A DNA stretch of 64,000 nt from the IMG/VR virus record IMGVR_UViG_3300042905_004067; one strand, written 5' to 3'. This DNA comes from a virus. Shown here piece by piece: positions 20,974 to 30,044 of this stretch; positions within the stretch are counted from its first letter, which is position 1, and the number at the start of each line of letters is the position of its first letter. The position numbers and the translations under genes are program-made. Below the pieces are notes generated by a model, which made no database searches, had not been told where the DNA came from, and saw only the letters and a program-made list of their open reading frames with translations.

Positions 20974-21711
20974 ATGCTTAAAGAATTATTGATTGAAAAA
21001 ACACCAAAATATACTGAAATTTTACCAGTAACCCAAAAAAGAGTAACATTTAGACCATTTGTTGTTAGAGAAGAAAAAAATCTCATGATAGCAAAGGAAA
21101 CTTCATCATTTGATAATTTAATGACAACGGTTCAAGAAGTAATCAACTCTTGTACCACTGGCATTCCAAATGATGACTGTAAATCTCTACCATTTTGTGA
21201 TTTAGAATATTTGTTTTTAAAAATAAGAGAAAAATCGCTAGGAGAAATTGTTGAATGTTATCTAACTTGCCCAGAAACACAGGAACGAGTTGTTTCTTCT
21301 ATTAATTTACAAAACGTAAAAATATCAAATAAAAAAATAAATGACAAGATAAAGTTAGATTCGAATATTACAGTTGTAATGAAACAACCAACTCTTGACA
21401 CTTATTTAAAGTTAAATAAATTCGAATTTAAAGAAGAAGAAGAGGGAGTGTTAGAATTACTAGCATTGTGTGTTTCTGAAATACATGCAAAAGAAGAAGT
21501 TTATTACACAAAAGATGTACCTCACGAAGAAGTTCAACAGTTTATTGAGTCATTAACTGCAAAACAATTCAAAATATTAGTTTCTTTTTTGAAAGAAATA
21601 CCAACAATTGAATACACCATACCGTATAAAACAAAAGATGGGGTTGAAAGAACACTAACAATAAGAGGATTTTCTGATTTTTTAGAATTATTCTTGGTTA
21701 TGCCGATTTAA
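20974..21711 (+). CDS. gp26: Baseplate hub assembly chaperone gp26
   Basis: PKY..FRPFVVREEKNL..DLEYLFLKIREKSLGE. Confidence 0.88.
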   Translation: MLKELLIEKTPKYTEILPVTQKRVTFRPFVVREEKNLMIAKETSSFDNLMTTVQEVINSCTTGIPNDDCKSLPFCDLEYLFLKIREKSLGEIVECYLTCPETQERVVSSINLQNVKISNKKINDKIKLDSNITVVMKQPTLDTYLKLNKFEFKEEEEGVLELLALCVSEIHAKEEVYYTKDVPHEEVQQFIESLTAKQFKILVSFLKEIPTIEYTIPYKTKDGVERTLTIRGFSDFLELFLVMPI

Positions 21712-21857
21712 TCTCTATTTTTAAAATAAATTTTCAAATATTTTTTGAACATAAAGTGCCAATAGATCAAATAGAGAGAATGCTACCGTGGGAGAGAAAT
21801 TTATTCGTGGACATGATGAGAAAACATATAGAAAATCTAAACGAAGAATTAAAATAA
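21678..21857 (+). CDS. gp51: gp51-like hub assembly segment with no proper start (probable -1 frameshift extension of gp26)
   Basis: Frame reads IFKINFQIFFEHKVPIDQIERMLPWERNLFV; it opens right after TGA 21675-21677 at slippery TTTTTTA. Confidence 0.7.
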   Translation, partial: FFRIILGYADLISIFKINFQIFFEHKVPIDQIERMLPWERNLFVDMMRKHIENLNEELK

Positions 21858-21869
21858 TCATCAAAAGCC

Positions 21870-23336
21870 ATGAAGCCTACAAAAAAAGAACAAATTAAAA
21901 AAATTATAAGAAAACAAGCGAATAAAATTAACATACCTTTCTTTAATTTTGACAACGCAAAGAAAACTGTTGATATTTCTCCATCCACTACTCTAAAAAT
22001 TCTTCCAGATTTAATTGAAAAAGAAAAAAATGAGGAAACTAATGAAAAGTTTTCTCATTTTTTAATAAAACCCACTCCTGTTTTACCAAAAACAGCAAAA
22101 CTAAGTTCAATTACACAACCAATTTTGTTTAATTCCGTAAAAAATGAACAAAAATTGACAGCAAACTATAATAAAAATACACTGCAACCAAAATTATTAG
22201 TTAATAGTGCAGTTAACTCTGCAATTAAACCAAAATTATTAGTTAATAGTGGAGTTAACTCTGCAATTAAACCAAAATTAAAAGAAAATAATACTAAAAA
22301 TTCATTAATTTCATCAATATTAGTAAATAAACAGACAACTTCTCTTCCATCTATAGAGGCAAAACTAGAACCAAATGCAACGAGTGCTGGTGGGTTTGAG
22401 CAAGCAAAATTAATAACAATTAAAAAACCGAATGCCACCAAAAAAGAATTAGTTTTAGTGGGGGAACGGGGAAAAGAAACTATTAATCAAATAGACAATT
22501 CCATAGTTCCTGTAGATTTAATAAAACACATAAAAACAAAAACTAATCTTATCACAACCACAGATACTAAACCAAAAACAGAACTAAAAAAAGAAATAAA
22601 ACCAATTCAAATAAAAGCAAAAGATGATCTTGGAACCATAACAAATGTTTTAGTAGCAAAACATGACGCCAAATCTATTCTTTCTATGGTAAAAAATCAA
22701 TCAATTGCAAACAGAATTGAACGTAAATCTGACGGTGGATTTGAACTTCAAGCATCCGCACATTTCTTAGGAATGTTATCAAAAATAGGAAAAGCAACTA
22801 GTGCAATTAGTAAATCTGGCTTAGGATCAACCGCAAAAAATATGGCAAAAAATGCTGCTGGAAATATTAAATCTGGAGCTACATCTATAGCATCTAAATC
22901 TTCTGGATTGGCTGGTGTTGGTAGCCAGCCAGGTACTTCTGCGACAGTTGCTGTCCCATCTACTGCATCTGAACCACTCCCGGTTGCGGATCAGCCTCAA
23001 GCAGAAGAAGGAGGTTCTGGTGGATCGGCCGGCGGTGGAATTGCGTCTGCTGTGGGGGGGATAATGGGTGGTGCAGGAGCAGCATTAGGTGGTATCGCTT
23101 CTGGTTTAGGTGCAGGATTAGGTGCAATGAGTGCATTGAATCCTGCTTCAATGATTGGAAAGGGAATAAAAGGATTATTAGGTGGTAGCGATGAACAAAA
23201 ACCGGTTCTTCCAATTGTTCAAAGTAATTCGGCAAATCCAACAACAGTTACCACAATATTACATCAATATGATATCTACAGAAAAACAGCAGATGATTCA
23301 TTTATGCTGCCAAATTATAGAAGAGAATATGGTTAA
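21870..23336 (+). CDS. Tape-measure/hub-associated low-complexity protein
   Basis: LVGERGKE motif, Gly/Ala-rich C-terminus, follows gp26/gp51. Confidence 0.45.
   Translation: MKPTKKEQIKKIIRKQANKINIPFFNFDNAKKTVDISPSTTLKILPDLIEKEKNEETNEKFSHFLIKPTPVLPKTAKLSSITQPILFNSVKNEQKLTANYNKNTLQPKLLVNSAVNSAIKPKLLVNSGVNSAIKPKLKENNTKNSLISSILVNKQTTSLPSIEAKLEPNATSAGGFEQAKLITIKKPNATKKELVLVGERGKETINQIDNSIVPVDLIKHIKTKTNLITTTDTKPKTELKKEIKPIQIKAKDDLGTITNVLVAKHDAKSILSMVKNQSIANRIERKSDGGFELQASAHFLGMLSKIGKATSAISKSGLGSTAKNMAKNAAGNIKSGATSIASKSSGLAGVGSQPGTSATVAVPSTASEPLPVADQPQAEEGGSGGSAGGGIASAVGGIMGGAGAALGGIASGLGAGLGAMSALNPASMIGKGIKGLLGGSDEQKPVLPIVQSNSANPTTVTTILHQYDIYRKTADDSFMLPNYRREYG
22186..22280 (+). repeat. 42-bp tandem repeat (about 2.2 copies) encoding PKLLVNSxVNSAIK
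   Basis: aaccaaaattattagttaatagtgcagttaactctgcaatta repeated. Confidence 0.85.
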
Positions 23337-23369
23337 AAAGAAAAACCCCCGATTTCTCGGGGGAATTTC
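23335..23369. terminator. Intrinsic terminator between convergent genes
   Basis: CCCCCGA-TTTC-TCGGGGG hairpin with A-run on the left. Confidence 0.75.
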
Positions 23370-24281
23370 TTATTGTTCAGCCAACTTTTGGAAGTAAGAC
23401 AGAGAATCCATCTCCTCTTCCGGCTCATCTGTTGGAGCCGGTTCTTTCTTCTTTGGAGCAGGCTTGCTGCGACTGGGAGCATCAAAAGGTGTTTCGGTTT
23501 CGTCTTCGGCTCTTGACTGATTTTCCATTGTGTTAGAACGAATGTCATCACCAAGAGTTTCATACAACTTAGTCTTGAGAGCAGCATACTCCTTGAAATT
23601 CTTTGCTGAAACAAACTCTTGGAGAGAGTATTGCTTATTCCAAAGAGTCTCTAGTTTAGCATCATCGCCACCGAAGAGTGGAGATGCAGGAGCAAATTCA
23701 GACTTGTCATAGTTTGTATAACCAGCAACTTTTCGAATCTTCAACTTAAAGTCTGCTCCAGACCAAAAATTAAAGGGATCAATTGCGGCTTCATCTTTAA
23801 ATTCAGGATACATTGCTTCCTTGAGTTTATCAAAGATCTTTACGCCATACTTGAATAGGAAAACTTTTCCCTCATTTTGAGGATTTGCTTCATCCTTAAT
23901 AACAAGAATATTTGAGATATAAGTCAATTTACGCTTTCTATCTCGCGCAATATTCTTATCATCTTCAATTCCGCTATTCCATAGTTCGTTATTCAATTCA
24001 CACACAGGGCATTTGCCACCATTAGTAGTAAGGCAGTTTTCAATAAACCAACCATTCTTTCCCTGAAATGCATGTGAATATACTTTTACAAATGGTAGTT
24101 CTTCGTCCTTTGGTGATGGTAGAAATCGAAGAACTGCATATCCGTTTCCAGACTTGTCTGGCTCAGGACGCCAAAAACGGTCATCCTTATAATCCTTCTT
24201 ACCTTCTAGAGTTTCTAGTGCCTTAGTAAGATCGCTAATACTTGTTTTTGACTTCTTCTTAAAATCGTTAAATGATGACAT
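23370..24281 (-). CDS. gp32: ssDNA-binding protein gp32
   Basis: DDRFWRPEPDKSGNGYAVLRFLP..WFIENCLTT..CPVCE..YFQKLAE; start moved to MSSFNDF. Confidence 0.96.
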   Translation of the reverse strand: MSSFNDFKKKSKTSISDLTKALETLEGKKDYKDDRFWRPEPDKSGNGYAVLRFLPSPKDEELPFVKVYSHAFQGKNGWFIENCLTTNGGKCPVCELNNELWNSGIEDDKNIARDRKRKLTYISNILVIKDEANPQNEGKVFLFKYGVKIFDKLKEAMYPEFKDEAAIDPFNFWSGADFKLKIRKVAGYTNYDKSEFAPASPLFGGDDAKLETLWNKQYSLQEFVSAKNFKEYAALKTKLYETLGDDIRSNTMENQSRAEDETETPFDAPSRSKPAPKKKEPAPTDEPEEEMDSLSYFQKLAEQ

Positions 24282-24368
24282 TTTTTTTCCTTTATGGGAT
24301 CTACCCATTGCTAATGTTTAAGACGGGAACTACCCGCCACGAACATATGTAATTATAACAAATAAAGT

Positions 24369-24596
24369 TTAGATTGGAAGTTTATTTTTTATTTTTGGGA
24401 GAAGATTTATTTGCCGTCCCTCTTCTTGAATCTTCTCTACGATTGGTTTGGTGAGAAATTTGGCTGCAACTTCAGGTTCAATATTCATATCTTCCGTAAC
24501 TGCAACTATGGCTTCGAGATATGTTACATTCCATCGTTTTACATGATTTTCTATTTTTTTACAAAACTGTTGTTGTTTTTCGGTATCAAATATCAT
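24369..24596 (-). CDS. gp33: Late promoter coactivator gp33
   Basis: FCKKIE..YLEAIV..NIEPEVAAKFLTKPIVEKI..NLLP; adjacent to gp32. Confidence 0.85.
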   Translation of the reverse strand: MIFDTEKQQQFCKKIENHVKRWNVTYLEAIVAVTEDMNIEPEVAAKFLTKPIVEKIQEEGRQINLLPKIKNKLPI

Positions 24597-24649
24597 TTAT
24601 ATTCCTGTTTTCATAGTTATACATACTTTTATCAATACGGAGAATACGG

Positions 24650-25909
24650 ATGGCAGACACAGACAAAGATCTGACAATTGACGTTTCTGGTAACACCGCA
24701 AGTATAGCAACTGACTATCTATATGTCAATGGGCTAAGCGGTGACGCAGCACACGTTCAAATCATGAAAATGATGTGGGGAACCAGCGGCGAAGCATTTA
24801 GAGTTTCCCAATCAACACCACTTCCAGTTAATATTTATTCGACCAACCCGAGCACTGTTTTGGGTATTTCTGGTTCTGTTTCTGGAACTGTAACAGTCAC
24901 AAACACAGGAACTGGATCTAGTTTTGTTTATGTACGAGGGAGCACTGGGTATCAACTTCCAGTAACTGGTAATATTCAAGGTGTTACAAATGGCGTTCCT
25001 GTTGCCATCACGGGAAGTGTCAGCCTTCGTCAACCAGTAATCGTTGGAGGTGCTGGATCAACCGGAATAACCATACAACCAATTACAGTTACTGGTGGTA
25101 GATATCTTTCATCATCAAACGATAGTGTAAGTGTTACTGGTTCTGTAACAATCAGTGGTGGTAGATATCTTAATTCAGTAACCGACACTGTTTCTGTGTT
25201 GGGTTCTGACCTTGGAAGTAAAGTACTAACCAGATTGTATGACTCATCTGGTGCAACATTAAATTCAACATCAAATGCATTAAATGTTTATTTGACAAAT
25301 TCAGGATTTACTGCCACAATAAATGTTGGAGCAAGTACTGGTGTATTTAATCATAACAATTTACCGCTTGTTGTTGCTGGATCTACTTCAGGTGCTGCTA
25401 TCGTAGTAAAAGGAGAAAATGGAGATGCGATTGAAGTTACCGCAACAACTCCACTTGATGTTAATGTAACTAACGATCTAAGTATTGATGACACTGAAAT
25501 AGTAAATGCAATAACTCTTGAAACAACTCCGTTAATTTCTAAACTTTCTGATATTAAAACGAATACTGCTGTTTTGTCATCTATAAAAACAGACATAACT
25601 GGCGGAAATATCAGAGCAAAGGTATCAGAGATTATAAGACCATCAAAAGTAACAAGCGCAACTAAAACAATTGCTGCAACAGCCACTCAATTGAATTCAA
25701 ACTTTCCATTGCTTGTGGGTGTCACAGTAAAGGCAAATAGCACAAATACTGCGCTCGTTTACATTGGTGGTCCACAACTACTTACAAATCCAAGAGATGG
25801 TTATCCACTAGAGGCGGGAGAGAGCATTTATATAGAATGTAATAATTTGAGTGCTCTATATGCAAGATCGGCAGAAGGTTCTCAACTAATAAGTTATATT
25901 GGTTCGTAA
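24650..25909 (+). CDS. Probable virion structural protein (Gly/Thr/Val-rich beta repeats)
   Basis: VTGGRYL repeats, C-terminal GVTVKA..VYIG..GYPLEAGES. Confidence 0.5.
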   Translation: MADTDKDLTIDVSGNTASIATDYLYVNGLSGDAAHVQIMKMMWGTSGEAFRVSQSTPLPVNIYSTNPSTVLGISGSVSGTVTVTNTGTGSSFVYVRGSTGYQLPVTGNIQGVTNGVPVAITGSVSLRQPVIVGGAGSTGITIQPITVTGGRYLSSSNDSVSVTGSVTISGGRYLNSVTDTVSVLGSDLGSKVLTRLYDSSGATLNSTSNALNVYLTNSGFTATINVGASTGVFNHNNLPLVVAGSTSGAAIVVKGENGDAIEVTATTPLDVNVTNDLSIDDTEIVNAITLETTPLISKLSDIKTNTAVLSSIKTDITGGNIRAKVSEIIRPSKVTSATKTIAATATQLNSNFPLLVGVTVKANSTNTALVYIGGPQLLTNPRDGYPLEAGESIYIECNNLSALYARSAEGSQLISYIGS

Positions 25910-25912
25910 TGC

Positions 25913-27370
25913 ATGTCAGGAACTAGAAGAAATACTAAAAGAGTATACACTCAAAAAGATACAAGATCATTTTATCTTGTAGCAAACGATGTGTTTTATG
26001 GTTTGATTTTTTCTTCTACTCAAGAATTCTATTTTAAGAAAAATAGAAATTTATTGAGCATTCCGTCTTTGCTTTTTTATGATAATCAAAATAAAGTAAT
26101 AATAGATTACAGTAATTCTAAAAACGAAGATGATTTATCTTATGTTAGTTCGTTTTTTAATTCACTAACTCCTGGCATAACATTCACAATACAAGATGCT
26201 TTGTATGTTGATGATAAGTCACAGATTCAGGCAAATTTAAGTGGTACTTTTTCGTTTACCTCATTCGATCAAGGAAAAATAATAAGAGCCGAAGTTGTTT
26301 CTACCTCAAGACTGATAGAAAGTAACGATTCATATTTTTCTAAATTTTTTACACAAGTTCCTCAATTATTTAAGAGTTCTTCAACACTATCTTCTAAACA
26401 ACAAAAACAAAGCATAATCAAAAATTCACTGTCAAATGGAATATATTCTTTTAAACGAATGGGGATACAAGTTGGCGACTATGTTGAATTTGGTGGAACT
26501 ACATCTAATGACAATAAAAAATTAAAAGTTATTGATTTATTTACTGATGCGGATGGTTTTGAAAATATATTAGCTGATGAAGAAATAATAAGTGAAGATT
26601 TAATAGGACAACCTGTTCTTTTAAATTTATTTTATACAGGGGATAAACAATCAAATCCAAATCTGAATGATAAAACATATGGGGTTTGCATGTCTAATGC
26701 AACATGTACTCAGGCTCAAAATGAATTTTTGTGCAAAGAAATAATAGAAAAAAATCAACAAACATTTCTATATTATTCACCAAATCAAGAATGTCAAGAT
26801 GAATTAGAAGAAAGAAATAGATTTATGCAACAACTTGATGGAGTAGAACAAGGAAATAGAATTACACAACCTAGTGTTTTAGAACAAAGAAATAGACTTA
26901 TACAAGAAATTAGTAGAATAGAACAAAGAAATAGAATTACACAACCTACTGAAAATACTTCTAGTTCTTTATTTACAAATAACAATTTATCGGGTTCGGA
27001 GGCGTCGGTTTTACGCTCAATTCAACCTATTGTTAGAAATTATTCTGTAAGACCAAAAATATTTGGTAAATCAATATCGCTCAAAATATCTAAAAATTCT
27101 TTTGTGATTGATGAAAAAGAAACAAAAGAAATAACAGTAAACAAAAACACAAATTTAAAGTTTATTTTAGATAATCCAAGTTTAAAATCTTACAGTTTTA
27201 AGTTTTCGAATTCAGAAAATACTCTACAAGAAATTACAGAAAACGTGTTAGTATTAGGTACGCCCGGATCTTCAAATTCATATTCTTCGATATACACGGG
27301 AAGTACAGACAAAATAATTTATTTTGTTTCTAATAATTTGAAAACAAAACTAAAAATAATAGTAAAATAA
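25913..27370 (+). CDS. Hypothetical protein with internal EQRNRITQP repeats
   Basis: 485-aa ORF; repeats at about 26810-26950. Confidence 0.5.
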   Translation: MSGTRRNTKRVYTQKDTRSFYLVANDVFYGLIFSSTQEFYFKKNRNLLSIPSLLFYDNQNKVIIDYSNSKNEDDLSYVSSFFNSLTPGITFTIQDALYVDDKSQIQANLSGTFSFTSFDQGKIIRAEVVSTSRLIESNDSYFSKFFTQVPQLFKSSSTLSSKQQKQSIIKNSLSNGIYSFKRMGIQVGDYVEFGGTTSNDNKKLKVIDLFTDADGFENILADEEIISEDLIGQPVLLNLFYTGDKQSNPNLNDKTYGVCMSNATCTQAQNEFLCKEIIEKNQQTFLYYSPNQECQDELEERNRFMQQLDGVEQGNRITQPSVLEQRNRLIQEISRIEQRNRITQPTENTSSSLFTNNNLSGSEASVLRSIQPIVRNYSVRPKIFGKSISLKISKNSFVIDEKETKEITVNKNTNLKFILDNPSLKSYSFKFSNSENTLQEITENVLVLGTPGSSNSYSSIYTGSTDKIIYFVSNNLKTKLKIIVK

Positions 27371-27380
27371 AAACCCGCAT

Positions 27381-27590
27381 TTAGCGGGCTCTATTAGAAA
27401 CTCGTTGTGCTCGTCGCAGATTTTCTTTATCTGCTGAATTTACCATTACCAACTCTGGCGCAGTTTTATGATACCAATCCATAAACCCAACATATGGTTT
27501 TGCATCAGAACACTTTATGCACTTTGTTGTATAAGGGAGTGCTTCTAGTCTGGCTTTTGGAATTTCACAACCACATGTTTGACAGTTCAT
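27381..27590 (-). CDS. DksA/TraR-type C4 zinc finger protein
   Basis: CQTCGCEIPKARLEALPYTTKCIKC. Confidence 0.8.
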   Translation of the reverse strand: MNCQTCGCEIPKARLEALPYTTKCIKCSDAKPYVGFMDWYHKTAPELVMVNSADKENLRRAQRVSNRAR

Positions 27591-27778
27591 TGTTCTTTCT
27601 CCACGCATTTTACTAGTTTACGCTGTATTGCATAAGTGCCATCAAGATGCATTTTACGTTCTGCAATCGTTTTCTTTCCTAGTGCGCGTTTAGCAACTTG
27701 AAATACTATTTGTTTGCGAAAAGCACGACCTTGTGCTTCTGCTCCCATATCAATAACATCCCATTTACGTTTAGCCAT
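27587..27778 (-). CDS. Small basic hypothetical protein
   Basis: ORF immediately after sigma70-like promoter at 27785-27812. Confidence 0.55.
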   Translation of the reverse strand: MAKRKWDVIDMGAEAQGRAFRKQIVFQVAKRALGKKTIAERKMHLDGTYAIQRKLVKCVEKEQ

Positions 27779-27784
27779 GTAAAT

Positions 27785-27812
27785 ATTATATCAGACGAAA
27801 CAGTTATGTCAA
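27785..27812 (-). promoter_or_regulatory. sigma70-like promoter TTGACA-N16-TATAAT
   Basis: Exact hexamers, 16-bp spacer. Confidence 0.75.
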
Positions 27813-27814
27813 AA

Positions 27815-28115
27815 AATAAATCCGGTTTTTCAGATGCGGGAAAACCGGGAAACCCCACTGCTTCAAGCAGCCATTGCCAGTTCGTTGGCAATTATATTTG
27901 CAACTGTTTATTTACGACACTTGTTACCCGTGTCGGGTATCTCCTTCTTTCATACTCTGCTCCAGTCGATGCCATTCAGCCCCTTAAATGCCCCGCTGCA
28001 ACGAGGACTTGTTTCGCCATCCCTAAAGTTTGCAGAGGCTTTAGGTTAGGCTAATGGAGCCGAGGGGATTCGAACCCCTGTGCTGTTAGCATTTCTGTCC
28101 GAGATCAACAATACC
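27815..28115 (-). ncRNA. ssrA: Permuted (two-piece) tmRNA, tag ANIIANELAMAA
   Basis: Acceptor piece ..CAGGGGTTCGAATCCCCTCGGCTCCA (ends 28055) precedes the 5' piece GGGGCTGAATGGCATCGAC (starts 27983); G3-U70; PK1 ACCCGACACGGGT..GTGTC; tag ORF 27901-27863; terminator hairpin follows. Confidence 0.88.
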
Positions 28116-28118
28116 AAA

Positions 28119-28199
28119 AGCGTAGTGAGGGACCTGCACCCATGCTCAATCACCGTTTGCAACCAATGATCCTAGTAGGCATCACACACCTAGCCACGC
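28119..28199 (-). ncRNA. Atypical tRNA-Cys(GCA)-like element
   Basis: GCGTGG/CTACGC acceptor plus U discriminator, loop TTGCAAA, T-loop-like TGCAGGT; irregular stems. Confidence 0.4.
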
Positions 28200-28214
28200 A
28201 TATACCTTATATAG

Positions 28215-28296
28215 TGCGAGCAGAGAGATTCGAACTCCCGTAGGCGAAGCCATCTGATTTACAGTCAGACCTCGTTGACCACTTGAGTATACTCGC
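28215..28296 (-). tRNA. tRNA-Tyr(GTA)
   Basis: Cloverleaf, TCTGA-CTGTAAA-TCAGA, long variable arm, GTTCGAATC. Confidence 0.92.
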
Positions 28297-28299
28297 TAA

Positions 28300-28371
28300 A
28301 GCGGGAGAAGGGGATCGAACCCTCGACAGTTGGTTTGGAAAACCAATACTCTACCACTGAGTTACACCCGC
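28300..28371 (-). tRNA. tRNA-Gly(TCC)
   Basis: GCGGGTG acceptor, TTGGT-TTTCCAA-ACCAA, GTTCGATCC. Confidence 0.92.
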
Positions 28372-28379
28372 AAGACTGT

Positions 28380-28408
28380 ATTGTAAATTAAAGTTTAGCG
28401 CGTGTCAA
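28380..28408 (-). promoter_or_regulatory. sigma70 promoter TTGACA-N17-TACAAT for tRNA-Gly/Tyr/tmRNA unit
   Basis: Hexamers 8 nt upstream of tRNA-Gly. Confidence 0.75.
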
Positions 28409-28768
28409 TGATAAAAGTTTTTGAATCTGTAAATCGCACTGGGCTTCTCTTTGAACCCCTGGCCAAAAAATATAATCTTTTACTTTATTTTTCTTTAAAC
28501 TCGCTAAAAGTGGAAGAATAGTTTTTTCTATTTCCGTCATTCTGGCTTTTAGTAATTCATCATATTGACTTTTTACTGCCATTGCGCCTTCACATGTAGA
28601 ATTCATTTCAAGAATCATATCCAGTTTGTCTTTAATTGCAGCAATTTCTGCTGGCTCAGCAACGTTTGGTGTTAATAAATTACCAAGTTCATTTTGATCT
28701 ACGGTGCTGAAACCAAAATCTCCTTCTAGGAGCGATGGATCGATATTGTACTGAAAGGGGTCTACCAT
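28388..28768 (-). CDS. Conserved T4-like hypothetical protein
   Basis: DFGFSTVD..ILPLLASLKKN..DYIFWP; AATAAATA late-like promoter upstream. Confidence 0.6.
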   Translation of the reverse strand: MVDPFQYNIDPSLLEGDFGFSTVDQNELGNLLTPNVAEPAEIAAIKDKLDMILEMNSTCEGAMAVKSQYDELLKARMTEIEKTILPLLASLKKNKVKDYIFWPGVQREAQCDLQIQKLLSLTRAKL

Positions 28769-28776
28769 GTTATTAT

Positions 28777-29043
28777 TTATTTGCAAATAACTTTAATTTT
28801 GGCAGAACCTTCCTCACTATCCAGTATTTGTATAGAAGTCACGATTCTATCAACATTAAACTCAATAGCCTTTTCACCAACCATCACAAAAGGACCTCCT
28901 TCAAAGTCAAACATACAAATACTTCCATCATCGTTTGCACTGGCTCTAGTAAAATTAGTTTTTCCTTCCACAATATAAGTGTTCTTGGAATCCTTTATTA
29001 CCTTCCTAATATCACCGTATCTAGATTTAAATGTGTATTCCAT
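28777..29043 (-). CDS. Hypothetical protein
   Basis: SRYGD..FDFEGGPF motif. Confidence 0.55.
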   Translation of the reverse strand: MEYTFKSRYGDIRKVIKDSKNTYIVEGKTNFTRASANDDGSICMFDFEGGPFVMVGEKAIEFNVDRIVTSIQILDSEEGSAKIKVICK

Positions 29044-29048
29044 AATGT

Positions 29049-29612
29049 TTATCGAACCACAAATGAATTAATTTTAAAACAATAGTTATTCATTATAATA
29101 CCAGAAGCAGTTCCAACATTAATACTGCGAACAGAACCATATTGTGGAATATAAAGAATATCATCACACATACTTAGAACGTTTTCGGGAACCCCAATTT
29201 GTTCCTGACCAAAAATCATCACATAATGAATATTTGGATCAAATTGATATTCGTTTACGTCTTGTGCTTCAGGAACATTGTCAATTCCAAGTAATTTAAC
29301 TTTTTCTTCATGGGAGGAAATAATTTCTTTAATGTAGGAATTGAGGTTGTCAATAGTTTTAACATGACGGAAGTTGGTATAGTGATGGGTGCCAACGGTT
29401 CCCCGCCTGTCGTATTTTTTTTGTCCATAGATCGCTACTTCTTTTGCCAAAAACGCATTAGCGTTTCGAATAACTGTGGCAATATTAAAATCATTGCCAA
29501 TATTACAGCAGATAACTGTATAGTTAAAACGCTTATGGTTAAGATCTGCTCTAATAGCGTCATCGGACCAATATTTATAGTGATCAATTAGATTTCTTGT
29601 GTCCATTTTCAA
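29049..29612 (-). CDS. SpoU/TrmH-family RNA 2'-O-methyltransferase
   Basis: NIATVIRNANAF..FGQEQIGV..IPQYGSVRSINVGTASGI SPOUT motifs. Confidence 0.85.
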   Translation of the reverse strand: MKMDTRNLIDHYKYWSDDAIRADLNHKRFNYTVICCNIGNDFNIATVIRNANAFLAKEVAIYGQKKYDRRGTVGTHHYTNFRHVKTIDNLNSYIKEIISSHEEKVKLLGIDNVPEAQDVNEYQFDPNIHYVMIFGQEQIGVPENVLSMCDDILYIPQYGSVRSINVGTASGIIMNNYCFKINSFVVR

Positions 29613-30036
29613 CTAATTCAAAATCATGAGAAATTCTTGACTCTTCGCACAAAGTCATAAAGTGCCAACCCTTTTTGCACAATGCACCAGGTCGACCAGT
29701 TATTTGACAAATTCCATAAGAATCGTCTTCTGCTTTGTCTATTAATGTTTGAATATTCTTAAATAGAATTTCATTGTTTGTCTGAACCGTGTAATAGAAT
29801 CTTAGTCCTCCAAATTTTTCTTTTATTTGAAGAACCTCAAATACTGTATCTGAGTTTTTTTGCTTTTCTTCTGTCAAATATTGCTCAACAGTAGAACAAA
29901 CTTTGTCTAGCAATCCATACCAACCATTGGGAAGTTCATTGTATGTTTGTTCAGACATGGTTTCAAAAACCAGTGGATATTTTTCAATGAGAATATCAAT
30001 AGGTTCTTTAACCTCTTTAATTTCATTTTCATTCAT
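29584..30036 (-). CDS. Conserved phage protein (QIKEKFGGLRFY family)
   Basis: GWYGLL..QIKEKFGGLRFY..CQITGRPG. Confidence 0.65.
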   Translation of the reverse strand: MNENEIKEVKEPIDILIEKYPLVFETMSEQTYNELPNGWYGLLDKVCSTVEQYLTEEKQKNSDTVFEVLQIKEKFGGLRFYYTVQTNNEILFKNIQTLIDKAEDDSYGICQITGRPGALCKKGWHFMTLCEESRISHDFELVENGHKKSN

Positions 30037-30044
30037 AATTTAAA

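Noticed and set aside
27381-27590. Functional DksA/TraR RNAP regulator
   Set aside because: Only the C4 zinc finger is present and the acidic DxxDxA coiled-coil tip is not visible, so the function is not asserted.
27698-28054. Track ORFs 27698-28054, 27706-27891, 27834-28049
   Set aside because: They overlap the tmRNA and its terminator and lack recognisable protein features.
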